Source: Mobula hypostoma
Lineage: Eukaryota
Length of the DNA: 64,000 nucleotides
Direction of reading: 5' to 3'
NCBI RefSeq assembly: GCF_963921235.1
Contig: NC_086109.1
Location: 83,080,001 to 83,144,000, forward strand
The notes under the pieces are model-generated. The model was not told the DNA's origin, searched no databases, and was given only the letters and a program-made list of their open reading frames with translations. Positions 37,625 through 50,560 of this stretch are shown here, piece after piece. Position numbers and translations under genes: made by a program. The stretch's first letter is position 1, and each line of letters starts with the position of its first letter.

Positions 37625-38607
37625 CATTAGATTAAATTAGATTCAACTTTATTGTCATTGTGAGAGTACAGATACAAAGCCAATGAAATGCAATTAGCAT
37701 CTGACCAGAAGTGCAAAAGAATTGTATTATTTACAAAATAACTGCGAAGAAAAAGTAAATGCTACAGCATACAATTATAACAGTACTGAGACGGTCCAGT
37801 ATGGGTGCAATACTGCTTAGTGCTGTGATGAGAGGTTCAGCAGAGTCACAGACTCAGGGAAGAAGCTCTTCCTGTGCCTGCTGGTGTGAGAGCAGAGGCT
37901 TCTGTAGCGCCCACCAGATGGGAGGAAAGTAAAACGTCCATGATTAGGGTGAGATGCATCCTTGAAGATGCTTTTCTACCTGCCCAGGCAGCGTTTAAGG
38001 TGGATGTTGTCAATGGTGGGCAAATGGGTGCTGATAATCCGCTGGGCAGTTTTCACCACCCACTGGAGTGCTTTGCGGTCCAATACCGGACAATTGCCAT
38101 ACCACACTGAGATGCAGTTGGTGAGTATGCTCTCAATGCTACAGCAGTAAAAGTCCGTCAGTATCCTGGGACAGAGGTGAAGGTAATGTTGCACCTTTTT
38201 GATCAGGATGGAGGAGTTCAGGGACCAGGTGAGATAATCAGAAATGTGGACGTCAAGGAATTTGAAACTTGATACACCCTCCACTACAGCTCCGTTGATG
38301 TAGATGGGGACATGAGGGTGGCTCCTAGCATGCCTGATGTCCACGATAATCTCCTTGGTCTTCTGGGTGTTAAAGGTCAAGTTGTTATCGGCACACCATG
38401 CGGCCAGGTGCTGGACCTCATCCCTGTAGGCCGTCTCGTCATCCCCTCTGATCAGACAAACCACCGTGGTGTCATCTGCGAACTTGATTATGGAGTTAGA
38501 ACCGTGTACAGGAACGCAGTCAAAGGTGATAAAGGACTACAGAAGAGGGCTCAGCACGCAGCCTTGATGCACATTGGTATTCAGTGTGAAAATGGAGGAG
38601 AAGAGGT
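37625..38607 (-). mobile_element. Rex1/Babar-type LINE 3' fragment (duplicate)
   Basis: ORF 37976-38464. Confidence 0.85.
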
Positions 38608-41600
38608 TGTATAACTCATGCACAGGCATAAATGAAAAACTTGGCTTCAAGCAGCATTACAGGCACATGTAAGCAACATTCACAGGGAAACACAAATTAA
38701 ACCTAAGTTTAAACCCTTGACTCTGGAATTCCATATTTCCAGGCACAGAATCGCATGAACAAACTTTTAAAGTAACTTTGACCCTACTTTATTAAGAGAG
38801 TTCAAGGAATTCAAGAAGATTCCTGGAAATTTTGGCTCATGAACCTTATAATCTCCCATGTGTACATCAGATATGACATAGCAGAGGTTTGAACTCTGAT
38901 CACCTGTTATTTAGAACAACACACAGAAAATGCGGCAGCAACGCAGCAGTTCAGGCAGCATTCATGCCATATGAAAGATCTATGGAGAATAAGAAACATC
39001 AACGTTTTGTGCTAAGACCCTTCATTAAGAATCCCATCAGAGGAAAGAGGGGTGTTGGTGTGTTTTCGTGGCTGTAACATAAGTGTAGTTGGAGCAGGAC
39101 AGGTTATTGGTGATATTTGTTCCTCAGAACTTGAACATCTCAATCCTCTCAACCTCAGTACCTTTGATGTAGACAAGAGCATGCTTATAGCCCTCCTTTC
39201 AGATGTCAAACAACAGTTCTTTTGTTCTGCTGACATTGAATGAAAGGGTATTGTCATGGCACCATTTTACCCAGCTATCGATTTACTTCTTGTACACTAA
39301 CACACCATTATTTGAGATATAGATCTCTACAGTGGTAGCATCTGCAAACTTGTAGATGGAGCTGGAGCAGAACCTGGCCATGTACTTATGAGTGCAAAAG
39401 GAGTACAGTGGGAGGAAGTGTAACAAACTGTACCGTGTATCTCTCTTGAATTTACCTCCTCTCACCTTTAATACATGTATTCCATTATTCAACACGTCTA
39501 CCCCGGGAAATGTATATGCCTGTGTACCCTATCAATGCATCTCAATATGTTATAAATGACTCTCAGATTTTCCCTCATGTTCTGATGCTCCAGAGAAAAC
39601 AACTTGGGTTTGTCCAGCCTAACTGGACAGTTGCCTTCCATCATTTACACAGTCCACATTTCAATGTTGTGGCAGATTGACTGTCTTCTTCCTCTGTGTC
39701 AACTTTTCTTCCTTTACTGATCTCATGAAATTCAACCTGAGTCTTTTTTAATTTAAATCATTGTATTATTCCATCCACTTAGTTTCTGTGTCAAAGTGCC
39801 CGCTGATAAGTTTTCTTCCTCTACCACTGAACGAAGTGCCTTGTTTACTTTTAGTTATTACAGATAGTAAATTTGTCAAGTTATCTCCCCTGTATTCATT
39901 GACGTTTTACCTCTCTGTGTTGTTTAACTTTATCTTTGCTTTCAAATCCTTCCATGATCTTTCCTTTCCTCACCTCCGTAAACTCTTCTGACCCACAACA
40001 GTCCAGAAATCTCCACTTTTGTTTCATTGACATCAATTTTCTGCAAGTCTCCTGCACTCCACCATTGACAATGGTGTCTGCAGCTGCTTAATCCCTTGGT
40101 CATGGAATCTTAATCATTAGACACCTTCTTTCTTGCAAAGTTCCTCAAGACAGTCTCAGTCATTTCGCTGCATTTATGTTCACTATATTCATTCTGGTGT
40201 CCAACAGGAATGTAAAATAGTTAAATACTCAAAATAGAGATGTAACATTCCAGAATTCCACAGCCTCTTCTCATCACCATCATTAGGGAGGAGATACAGA
40301 AGCCTGAAGGCACAGCCTCAGCATCTTAGGAACAACCCTGAACTGATTCCACAACTATGGACTCACTTTCAAGGACTCTTTACAACTCATGTTGTCGGTA
40401 TTATATTTTTTGCTTTGCACAATTTATCTTCTTTTGCACATTTTTTGCTTGTCAGTCACTGTAAGATTCAAGATTTTGATTTTGAGACAAATAATGCTAA
40501 TCTAATAAGTCTTTAAAATAATCTTTAGTCTTGAGGTTCATTGAAAATATTGCAGCACAAATTCACTATTTTAGCTAGTATATTAACACTAATGAACTCA
40601 AAATGTCAATGTCCAGTTTATTGTCATACCCAAACATACATGTATGTAGACTTGCAATGAGAAACTTGCTTGCAGCAATATCAAAGGCACATAACATCAT
40701 AGATGCAACATGTACAAGAAAAACATAGATGAACAATGTAGATTATACATTTTTTACAAGAACGACTGCAATTAGAATAAAATTAACCAAGGCCATTGCC
40801 GTACAATGTGATCATGTTGTTGTACATAGCTAGTGATTATCATTGTGCAGGTTGATTTAATAACTGATTTGTTGAAGGGTTGTAACTGTTCTTGAACTTG
40901 GTTGTGTGGGTGAACCACTTGCCCAATGGTAGTTGAGAGAAAATGCCATGACCCGGATTTTTGGGATCATTGGCAGATGTTACCTTCTTCAGGTAGCCCT
41001 TCTTGTAGATACTCCTGATGGTGGGTTGGGATGTACCTGTCATATATTGGGCTGAGTCCACTACTCTCTTTAGTTTCTCAACTTCCTGCATTTTTTTTTG
41101 TCATCCCAGTCCATGAAGCAACTAGTACATCTGTATATGTCTGTTTTATATTGATGAGCAGAGGCATGAAACAGGCTTTAAACAACTCAGAATCATGTGG
41201 GAATTTAACTTAAGTTGTTTCCATCAGGATTGCAGTCAGTTCTTTTGAGTAAAATTGAAATGTATACTGCTTTTAATGTCAAACCTGGGGAGCTGAAACT
41301 CCTTCCGAGTGGTGTCCAGCCTGATGTTGAGAGGCTGTCGTCATTGCATGAAGCCCATCGATCTCACAGAAAGATGAAAATACAATGAAATTACAGTGAG
41401 TGACTGAACTACCAATGAACACGCTGAAATTCTGAATGAAAATTGCTTTCACTGTAATCAAATAAATAAATCATTTTATTTGTCACTTTGAAAAAAACAA
41501 ACATTTTTGCAATTACTTGTCACTGCTTTGAATTTGCAGTTCCAATCTCTTTAACTGTGCATCATATAAAGGATTTTTAAAAATAGTTTATATGTACCAG

Positions 41601-41810
41601 CCAGAAAGAGAGAGGAGGGCACTGGATATATGCTTGGAGAGCCCAGAGGGCAGTAACAGAAAAATGTCTGGGAACACTGCTTCAACTATTTTATTACTCC
41701 TGATTATTATTTCCATAATATAAGGTTCCATGGATTACCTGCAGGAAAAACATCTTCAATTAATTTTTTAAATCATAAAACTACATCTCCCAAAATAAAA
41801 TAGGTTAACC

Positions 41811-43019
41811 TTACTCAGTCTTTTGCTTTCTTCTACATCCAAAATGACAAAGATTCTTCAGTGCTACAACCACCAGCACTGTGACCATGAATAACATGGA
41901 CAACAGAAAAACCATCACCTCCACACAATAGTAAGTGTACCAGGGCAGCCGGTAGGATACAGAGCGCAAATGCCCTGCTCCTTTGTGTCACGCAACGTGG
42001 TCGATCCAGAAAACAGCTCGCTTCATTGGTGACTCTGGTTGGTCCCGGTGGAGAGCAGAGAGTTTCTTCATTTGTCCCATTGAAGTGTGTCATTTATCAC
42101 CTCTAAGTGCCTGCAATTGATCTGTTGAATGCATTGTTGAAACTTTAAGTACCCTTGCTGCATCTCAGGATTCAAGTCTGACTACATTGTCAAACTGGTC
42201 AAAAATAAGAGGCATGCCAATCACTGGTACCCCATGGTAGATGGCCTCATAAATGCTATTGGAACCACCATGAGAAATGAAGACTCGTGTGTTGGGGTGT
42301 CCCAGAAGGTCATCCTGAGGGATCCATTTTGTCAGTAGTGTATTATTACCTATATTGGGAGGGATTTCCCCATCATATCTCCAAATAACCTTCTGGGGTA
42401 CTTGAGCAAAGCCTCAACTATTTCCATTCTAATCTGCTTAGGCAAGGAACCTACCAATGCCCCCACTGACATCACAAAAATTTCATGCTTCCCAGAGCCT
42501 TGAAAAAACTCTTCAGACTCTGCTGCTAGTGGTCGGGCTGGTTTACATTGGAAGCCTCCAATGTACACAATATTTGGCATGGTGGGTCTTGGGAATTCAA
42601 ATACAAAATCAACCCTCATTAGCAACACATCAGCCCTCAGGGAAGTGCTTGAATGTCTGTGTCTGGTCTCAGATATTGATGACAGATTTCATTATAAATT
42701 GGGTATACATCAAATTCTGCAAACACCAGTTGATCAAGATTGAGCATGAAGTTACCTGCTCTTTGGATAAAATTCATATTATCTGTCAATTGTGAGCCAG
42801 GTTTTGGGACATAGGAAAGTGGTGATGGGGCAGAGAAGAAATGGGCTTCCTCACTTATCTGCCATCGAACATTGCACACCTGCGGGATTTTCAAATAATG
42901 AGAAAGCATTGGTCCAGTACCAAGAACAGGATCTGTAAGTATTAAGTCAAAGTTTGCACTTTCAAGTTGTTTGAACAGTGTTTTGGTTTCAAAAATTGCA
43001 ATACTAAAAGCTTGATTCA
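41811..43019 (-). pseudogene. 5'-truncated UGT5-type pseudogene E (duplicate of D)
   Basis: ORFs 42637-43029 and 42350-42628 are UGT-like; frameshifts and in-frame stops; same CR1 junction as D. Confidence 0.9.
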
Positions 43020-43224
43020 AATGCATCATCTCACAGTCATGTAAGTTAAATTACATTTGCCTTTCCTCCGCCCATCTCTCGAAGTGATCTCTGGAATTCA
43101 TTATAACTTGCTTCATTATCAAGAAGCCCAGAAAACTCTGTAATTGCACTAGAGCTGTTAAACATGTCATGTACATTCATAATACAAATAATTTACATTT
43201 ATAATAAATAACAAAGATTATAAT

Positions 43225-45092
43225 GTAAAGGAACCCTTACAGGGCAGTGATCATAATATGATTGAATTCATACTGCTGTTTGAGAGGGAGAAGCACAAGT
43301 CACATGTATCAGTAGCGCAATGAAATAAAGAAATTTTGGACCACTGGACAAAGATGCTAATGAGGTATTATTGGGAGATAAAGAAATGGCAGGTGAATTT
43401 AATGGGTACTTTGCATCTGTCTTCACTGTGGAAGACACTAGCAGTGTGACAGAGGTCTGTGATTGTCAGCGAGCAGGAGTGCTAGTATAAAGAAAAAAAT
43501 GCGAGGAAAACTGTAAGTTCTTAAGGTGGATAAGTCAACTGGACCAGATGGACTACGTCCCAGTGTCCTGAAAGAGGTTGGTGTAGAGATAACGGATGTA
43601 TTGGTCATGATCTTTCAAGAATCACTTGATTCTAGAATGGTCCTGGAGGACTGGATGATTGCAAATGTCACTCCACTCTAAGAAGGGAGTAAGCAGAAAA
43701 AAAAGGAAATTACAGGCCAGTTAGCTAAATCTCAGTGGTTGTGATATTGTTGGAGTCTATTATTAAGGATGAGCTTTCAGGGTACTTGGAGACTAATGAT
43801 AAAATAAAGTCAAAGTCAGCATGGTTTCTGTGAAGGGAACTTTTGCCTGATAAATCTCTTAGAGCTCTTTGAGGAAGTAACAAGCAGGATGGACAAGGGA
43901 GAGGCAGTGGATGTCATTTACTTGGATTTTCAGTCGCATTTGATAAGGTGCCAAACATGAGGCTGCTTAACAAGATAAAGTCCAGGGTGTTACAGGACAT
44001 ACACTGGCATGGATAGAGGAATGTCTGACAGGTAGGATGCAGCGAGTGAGCAGGGCCTTTTCTGCTTGGGTACCATTGACATGTGGTGTTCCTCAGGAGT
44101 CAGTATTGGGACTGCTACTTTTCACATTGTTTGTCAATGGTTTGGATAATGGAATTGATGTATTTGTGGCAAAGTTAGCAGATGATTCACAGATTGGTGG
44201 AGGGGTAGATAGTCCTGAGGAAGCAATGTGATTGCAGCAGGACTTACACAAATTTGAAGAATGCGCAAAAATGTCGAAGATGGAATACAGTGTTGGGAAA
44301 TGTACAATAATGCATCTTGATAAAAGGTGGAATAGTGTGGAATATTATCTAAATGGGGAGAAGGTTCAAACATCAGAGTTGCAGAGGGACTTACGAGTCC
44401 TCGTGCAAGACTCCCAGGTTTATTTACATGTTCAGTCTGTGGCAAAGAAAGCAAATGCAATGTTAGCACTTATTTCAAGGGAAATGGAATATAAAAGCAA
44501 AGAGATAATGATGAACTTTTATAAGACATTAGTCAGGCCACAATTGTTGTATTGTCAATAGTTTTGGGTCCCATATCTCAGAAGGGATGTGTTATTATTG
44601 GAGAGAGGCAAGAAGAGGTTCACAAGGACGATTTTAGGAATGAAAGGGTTAACTTATGCGGTGCGTATGGCAGCTCTGGGCCTGTACTCACTGGAATTTA
44701 GAAGAATGCATGGGGATCTCATTGAAACCTACCCAATGTTGAAAGGACTGTATAGGGTGGATGTGGGAATGATGTTTCCTAACATGGGGCTGTCCAGTAC
44801 GAGAGGCCACAGCCTCAAAATTGACAGGTGACCTTTTAGAACAGAATTATTTTAGCCACAGACTAGTGAATCAGTGGAGTGCTTTGCCACAGATTGCAGT
44901 GGAGGCCAAGTCTCTGGGTATATTTAAGGCGGAAGTTGATCATTCCCTGATTGGTCAGGGCATCAAGAGATATGGTGAGAAGGCGGGTGTATCGAGATGA
45001 ACGGGATTCGGAATCAGCCATGATGGAATGGCGGAGCAGACTCGATGGGCTGCTCCTAGTTCTACTCCGATGTCTTTTGGTGTTATGGTCTA
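43225..45092 (+). mobile_element. CR1-clade LINE (paralogous insertion)
   Basis: ORFs 44037-44831. Confidence 0.9.
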
Positions 45093-46744
45093 ATAACACT
45101 GATCGGAGGGCCCCCACGCCCTCCAGTTGGAGAATTGGCATTCTGCTTCTTACCCCACACGAGTCATATCCCCTCAGTCAGAGAATTGACTTCCTGCTTC
45201 CTCACATCGAACCAGGTCTGAATCCACCTCAGTAGCTCCCCCTGAATCCCATGCGACCGAACCTTCCAAAATCGGACTGCCAATTAGAACCTTGTAAACT
45301 TCTTAATGAAATTAAACATCCTCCACTGCCCTGATTTCATGAATTCTTATAGTTATTTCCCTGAAAAGCTTCAAAGGATTTCGGAGATATGACCTCCCAA
45401 TCAGCTGTGCTGAATGAACTACTTCCCTTCATGGAACGTACATTGTCGACTCTTGCTCAGTGGGCGCTGGAAATCAGAATTTCCGTTCCGTAACACTGCC
45501 CTGAGGTGGCAATTTTAATATGTTTCTACACAAGTGCATTGCAAATGTACTCAGTCTCAAACTGGTTATAAAATGCATCTAAACTAACCTCGGTTCGAGA
45601 TAAAATTACAATTGTACACTTATCGATAAAGAACACCTTGCGAATACAGTAATAGAAAGTTATTCTTTGAAGTTGTGATTTCAGCAGACAAAAGGTGACC
45701 TGCAAATATCAGCTGTTTCGTGACAAAGTCTTGGAGATTGGGTAAAACCGAGTGCGATGCGTTCACATTCAGTTCAGACCTGCCGAATGTTTTTATCAGA
45801 ATGAACAACTTTGTTTGGCTCGTATCACATGTGTCAAAACAGAGTCCAATTCAAAGTAATGGTCAAGTTTATTGCCAAATGCACAAGTACATCTGCGCAC
45901 AGCTGCAATGAAAAACTTAGATTCAAGCAACATTACAGGACATATTAGCGGCGTCGACAGGGAAATATTAATAAAGGATAAATGCAACCTCTTGATTCTG
46001 TAATTCCAAATTGCTCAGAATATAAGCACATGAACAAACTTTTAAAGTAACTTTATTTTATTAAGATGTGCTTTGTGACAATCAAAAAGTTTCTCAGGAA
46101 TTTTGGCTCATGAAGCTTCTAAGTTGTATTGCTGCTGTGGAGGGATTTGAAAGCAGACCGTTTGTTATTTAGACCAACTCACACAAAATACCGGAGAAAC
46201 ACAGCAGTTCTGGCAGCATCTATGGAAAGGTATTAACAATCGACATCTTGGGCCAAGACCCTTCATCAGCATACCCTCTATGATCAATCCTGATGAAGGG
46301 TCTTGGCCCGAAATTTTGGCTGTTTATTCCTCTCCATAGATGCTGCCTGAATTGCTGAGATCCTCCAACAATTTATGTGTGTTTATCTGGATTTCCATTA
46401 TCTGCAGAATCTCTTGCATTTATGTTAGTTAGACAGATGTCCACATTGGCAGCCTAGTAATTTTGGTGTGCACCACCACTCTATCCTCTAGGGTATTACA
46501 TCTAGACCCCAGATTGTGGTCTCCTCTGTATTGGAGAAACTGTATGCAGATTGGATGATGACATCAGAATATCTTCAATCAATCTTCAGGAATACCTCTG
46601 AGCCTCCATTTCCTCCTCACTTCATTTTCCATCCCACTCACTCTCTCATAAGGCTAAAAATAGATGTGGCTACTATATTTTTGGACTCTTAATTCTACCT
46701 CTCTCACTTACTTACTCCTGCCTGAGAAGTGACTTAGATCCATG

Positions 46745-48062
46745 CCAATTTGTCTACAAGAGCAACAAGACTACAGCTGATACCAACTCACTGGCACTTC
46801 ATTCAACTCTGGAACATCTGGACAGCAGAGATGCGTAGATCAGGATGCTCTTTATAGACTGCAGTTCGGCATCCACAACCTGGGGTCTAGATGTAGTACC
46901 TCAAAACTAATCACCAAGCTCCAAAATCTTGGTCTCAATACCTCCTTGTGCAATTCGATTTCCTTACTTGCAGACCCCAGTCAGTTCAGATTGGCAACAA
47001 CATCTCCTTCATAATCTCCATCAGCACTGGTGCAGCACAAAGCTCTTTGCTTGGCCTCCTGCTCTACTCACTTTACACTTCTGACTGTGTGGCTGAGCAC
47101 AGCTCCAATGCCATATTCAAGTATGCTGATAACACCACCATGGTAGGCCAAATCAAAGGTGGTGATGAATCAACATATAGGAGGGAGACAGAAAATCTGG
47201 CTGAGTGGTGTTATAATAACAATCTCTTACACAATGTTAGCAAGACCAAGAAACAGATTGTAGACCAAGACAAAAAAATCAGAGGTCCAGGATCCAGGCC
47301 TCATCGGAGGAATTGAGCTAGAGAGGGTTAGCAGCTTTAAATTCCGAGGTGTTATTAATTCGGAGGAACTGTCCTGGGCCCATCATATTAAGAAAGCACA
47401 ACAGCACCTCTATGCTCTTAGGAGTTGTGGAGATTCAGCATGACATATAAAACTTTGAAAAACTTTTGTACATGCACAGTAGAGAGTATGTTGACTGGCT
47501 GCATCACACCCTGGTACGGAAACACCAATACCCTTCAACAGAAAATCCTACAGAGATTGGTTAATATTGACCCAGACCCATCCAACCATGGAGCATATTT
47601 ACACGAAACGCTGCAAGAGGAAAGCAGCATCCATCATCAGGAACCCCCAACATCCAGGGCATGGTGTCTTCTCACTGCTGCCATCAGGAGGAAGGTTCAA
47701 GACCCTCAGGACTTTCACTACCTGGTTCAGGAGATTTACTATCCACGAACCATCAAGCTCTGGAACCAAATGGTTCAGCTTCATTTGTCCCATCATTGAA
47801 ATGTTCCCACAATCTATAAACTCACTTTCAAGGACTCTTCATCTCATATTTTCAATATTTATCGCTTATTTATTTGTTAATATTATTTCTTCTTTCTGTG
47901 TTTGCACTATTTCTTGTATTCTATACTCTGGTTGAACGCCCTAGTTGGGTGTTGTATTGATTCTGTTATGGTTATTATTCTATAGAATTATTGAGTGTGC
48001 CCATAGGTTGTATATCGTAACATACAGTATATGTACTCAGATAATAAAATTTACTTCGAATT
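46745..48062 (+). mobile_element. Rex1/Babar-type LINE (paralog)
   Basis: ORF 46948-47316. Confidence 0.85.
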
Positions 48063-48751
48063 TTGACAAAGGAATCTGTAAGTATGAACTCAAAGTGAGC
48101 ACTTTCGATTCGTTTTAACAGTGTTTTGTTTTGAAAGTGTTATGTTAAAATGATGACATTTATATTAAAAATTCATCATTAACTTTTGGAAGATATTATG
48201 ATGCCATTGTGTCTAACCATTCTTCGACCTCTTCAATGACAGTTCCACAAGTCTTTTCATCATCTTATTCTTCAGAAGATTATCATGTTTTTTTTTTAAT
48301 TTGATCAACACTGGATTGATGGAGATCAGAACATTCTTACATTAGCCAAGATGAAGAGTAACAAAGCAATGTGATATTACGTCCACAAACAACAGGAATT
48401 CTGCAGATGCTGGAAATTCAAGCAACACACATCAAAGTTGCCGGTGAACGCAGCTGGCCAGGCAGCATCTCTAGGAAGAGGTCCTGGCGAAGGGTTTCGG
48501 CCTGAAATGTAGACTGTACCTCTTCCTAGAGATGCTGCCTGGCCTGCTGCGTTCACCAGCAACTTTGATGTGTGTTCCTTGATATTGCGTCCATGTTGTT
48601 TCCATTTTCCTATTGGAAACTCCGTATTGATCCAATGACTTTCATCCATAGGTATAACCAATATTTCAATCCCTTGGGTAACTGGACAAGACATGTGATG
48701 AAAATAATACTACGAATATTGTAATCTGTATTTCCATCCAGTACTATCCAT
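48063..48751 (-). pseudogene. UGT N-terminal fragment with pLTR insertion
   Basis: MSCPVTQGIEILVIPMDESHWINTEF in ORF 48377-48694; paralog of 13425-13918. Confidence 0.8.
48386..48579. mobile_element. Palindromic Penelope pLTR insertion in a UGT fragment
   Basis: 14-bp TSD tgatatt(a/g)cgtcca (48372-48385, 48580-48593); empty site at about 13746. Confidence 0.88.
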
Positions 48752-50560
48752 CATGAAAACTATCCATTATGCCGGCTGGGGTGGTTTGAGTATCTCAGAA
48801 ACTGCTCATCCCCTTGGATTTTCATGCACAACAGTTTCTAAATTTTATAGAGAATGATGTGAGAAACAAAAAAAACACCAGTGAACAGCAGTTCTGTGGG
48901 TGAAAACGTCTCGTTACTGAGAGGTGTCAGTGGAGAAAGGCTAAAGTGGTTCAAGCTGACAGAAAGGTGACAGTATTTCAAATAACTACACAGTAAAACA
49001 GTGGTGTGCAGAGGTTCATCTTAAACGCACACACATCAAATCCTGAAGTGGATAGGCTACAGCAGCAGAAGACCACAAACATACACTCAATAACCAATTT
49101 ACTAGGTACAGGAGGTCAAAGTTACCTGTAAGGTGTGCTACTAACACACAAAGGAACTTAAACTGCAGACAAGAGGTTGTCATCCTCTACATCGTTAGGA
49201 CTGTAAGTATATTTCATGATCATACACAATCACATTCCCTTTTGCAGTTTCTGCTGCAGATCGTGTTGACAATATGGCCTTTATGATTATTTCTCTGCAG
49301 ATCTTAGAATAGGCTTATTAATATTGTTTTTATTGAAGAAATTATTCCATGCACACATGTTGTTGTCACTGAGGAAAAATTACACAGCACAACATTTTTG
49401 CACACATTGGTCATTACCACTTGAAGGGAACATTGCAGGATGTACCTAATAAAGTTGCAACTATGTATATAAATACTAATTATTGTGGGATTGTACACAA
49501 AGCACTAAATAATTAAGTGATAAAAATAGATTAGATATCAGACAAACAAAGCAAAAGCTCTAGACAAGTTACATTTTGGGGTATCACATCTTAGAGCAAA
49601 TATAACCACAATTAAGGAGTGATAGGATAAAATATATGGACAATTTACATCACCTAGGCCTGTGTTCAATTGAACCTTGACATTACAATAAAGTATAGAT
49701 TCAAAAGGATATAAGATGGAGGAGGGGTATACCAGTGTAAGCATTTTGCATGTTACAGATTTAGGATATTTGCAACTCTTTCCACTCAAGTTACTTCAGC
49801 GACTTAGTCTAGAGCAGGATTCCAAACTGGGGTCCGCAGAACCCCTGTTTAAAGGTATCGTTCCACAGCATAAAAAGGTTTGGGAACCCCTGGTCTGGAG
49901 GGATAATTGGTTGATGAACATTGATAGATTGTCGTTGAGCAAACATGTTAAGGTTAATGCATACAATACATTAATGGAATCTGAGTGACTCAACAGGTTT
50001 AGGGAACTGTGTGGCTCATTCCTCTTCAGATCACTTGATATTGCTGCCTATTTGTCTGCAGATGATATGTGTAAATGCATTTTTCCTGCACATTGAAAAC
50101 TACTTGTTCTGTCCTGCAATCAGCATCAAAGATACATTTGACACTGAATATTGACCTTTCTTGCATAATTTTTAGACCAAAATTTCACTAGGATTCATGA
50201 GTGATAAAATTAATTTGACCGACATGAAGAATCATTAAAATCAAATACCTTTCAAAAGAATATTTCTTTATTCATAGATCAGCTGAATTAGTTTGTTTTC
50301 TCTTACACCTCTGGTCGCTTTACTCTTTTACATCCCCTATTTTCCCAGTGAAATATGGATCAGCTAGTTACAATTCTTTTATGCATATCAAAGCACAAAG
50401 TCTATTATATAATGTGTCTATTGCTGGTAATTTATTCTCAAAATAGCCTTGCTAAATTCATGAAATCTAGAAAGAAGGTTCCATGCATTAATTTCAGGAA
50501 AAAAATCAATTAATTGGAAAGAGCATAAAACACCATATCCCAACACAAGATAATGTAACC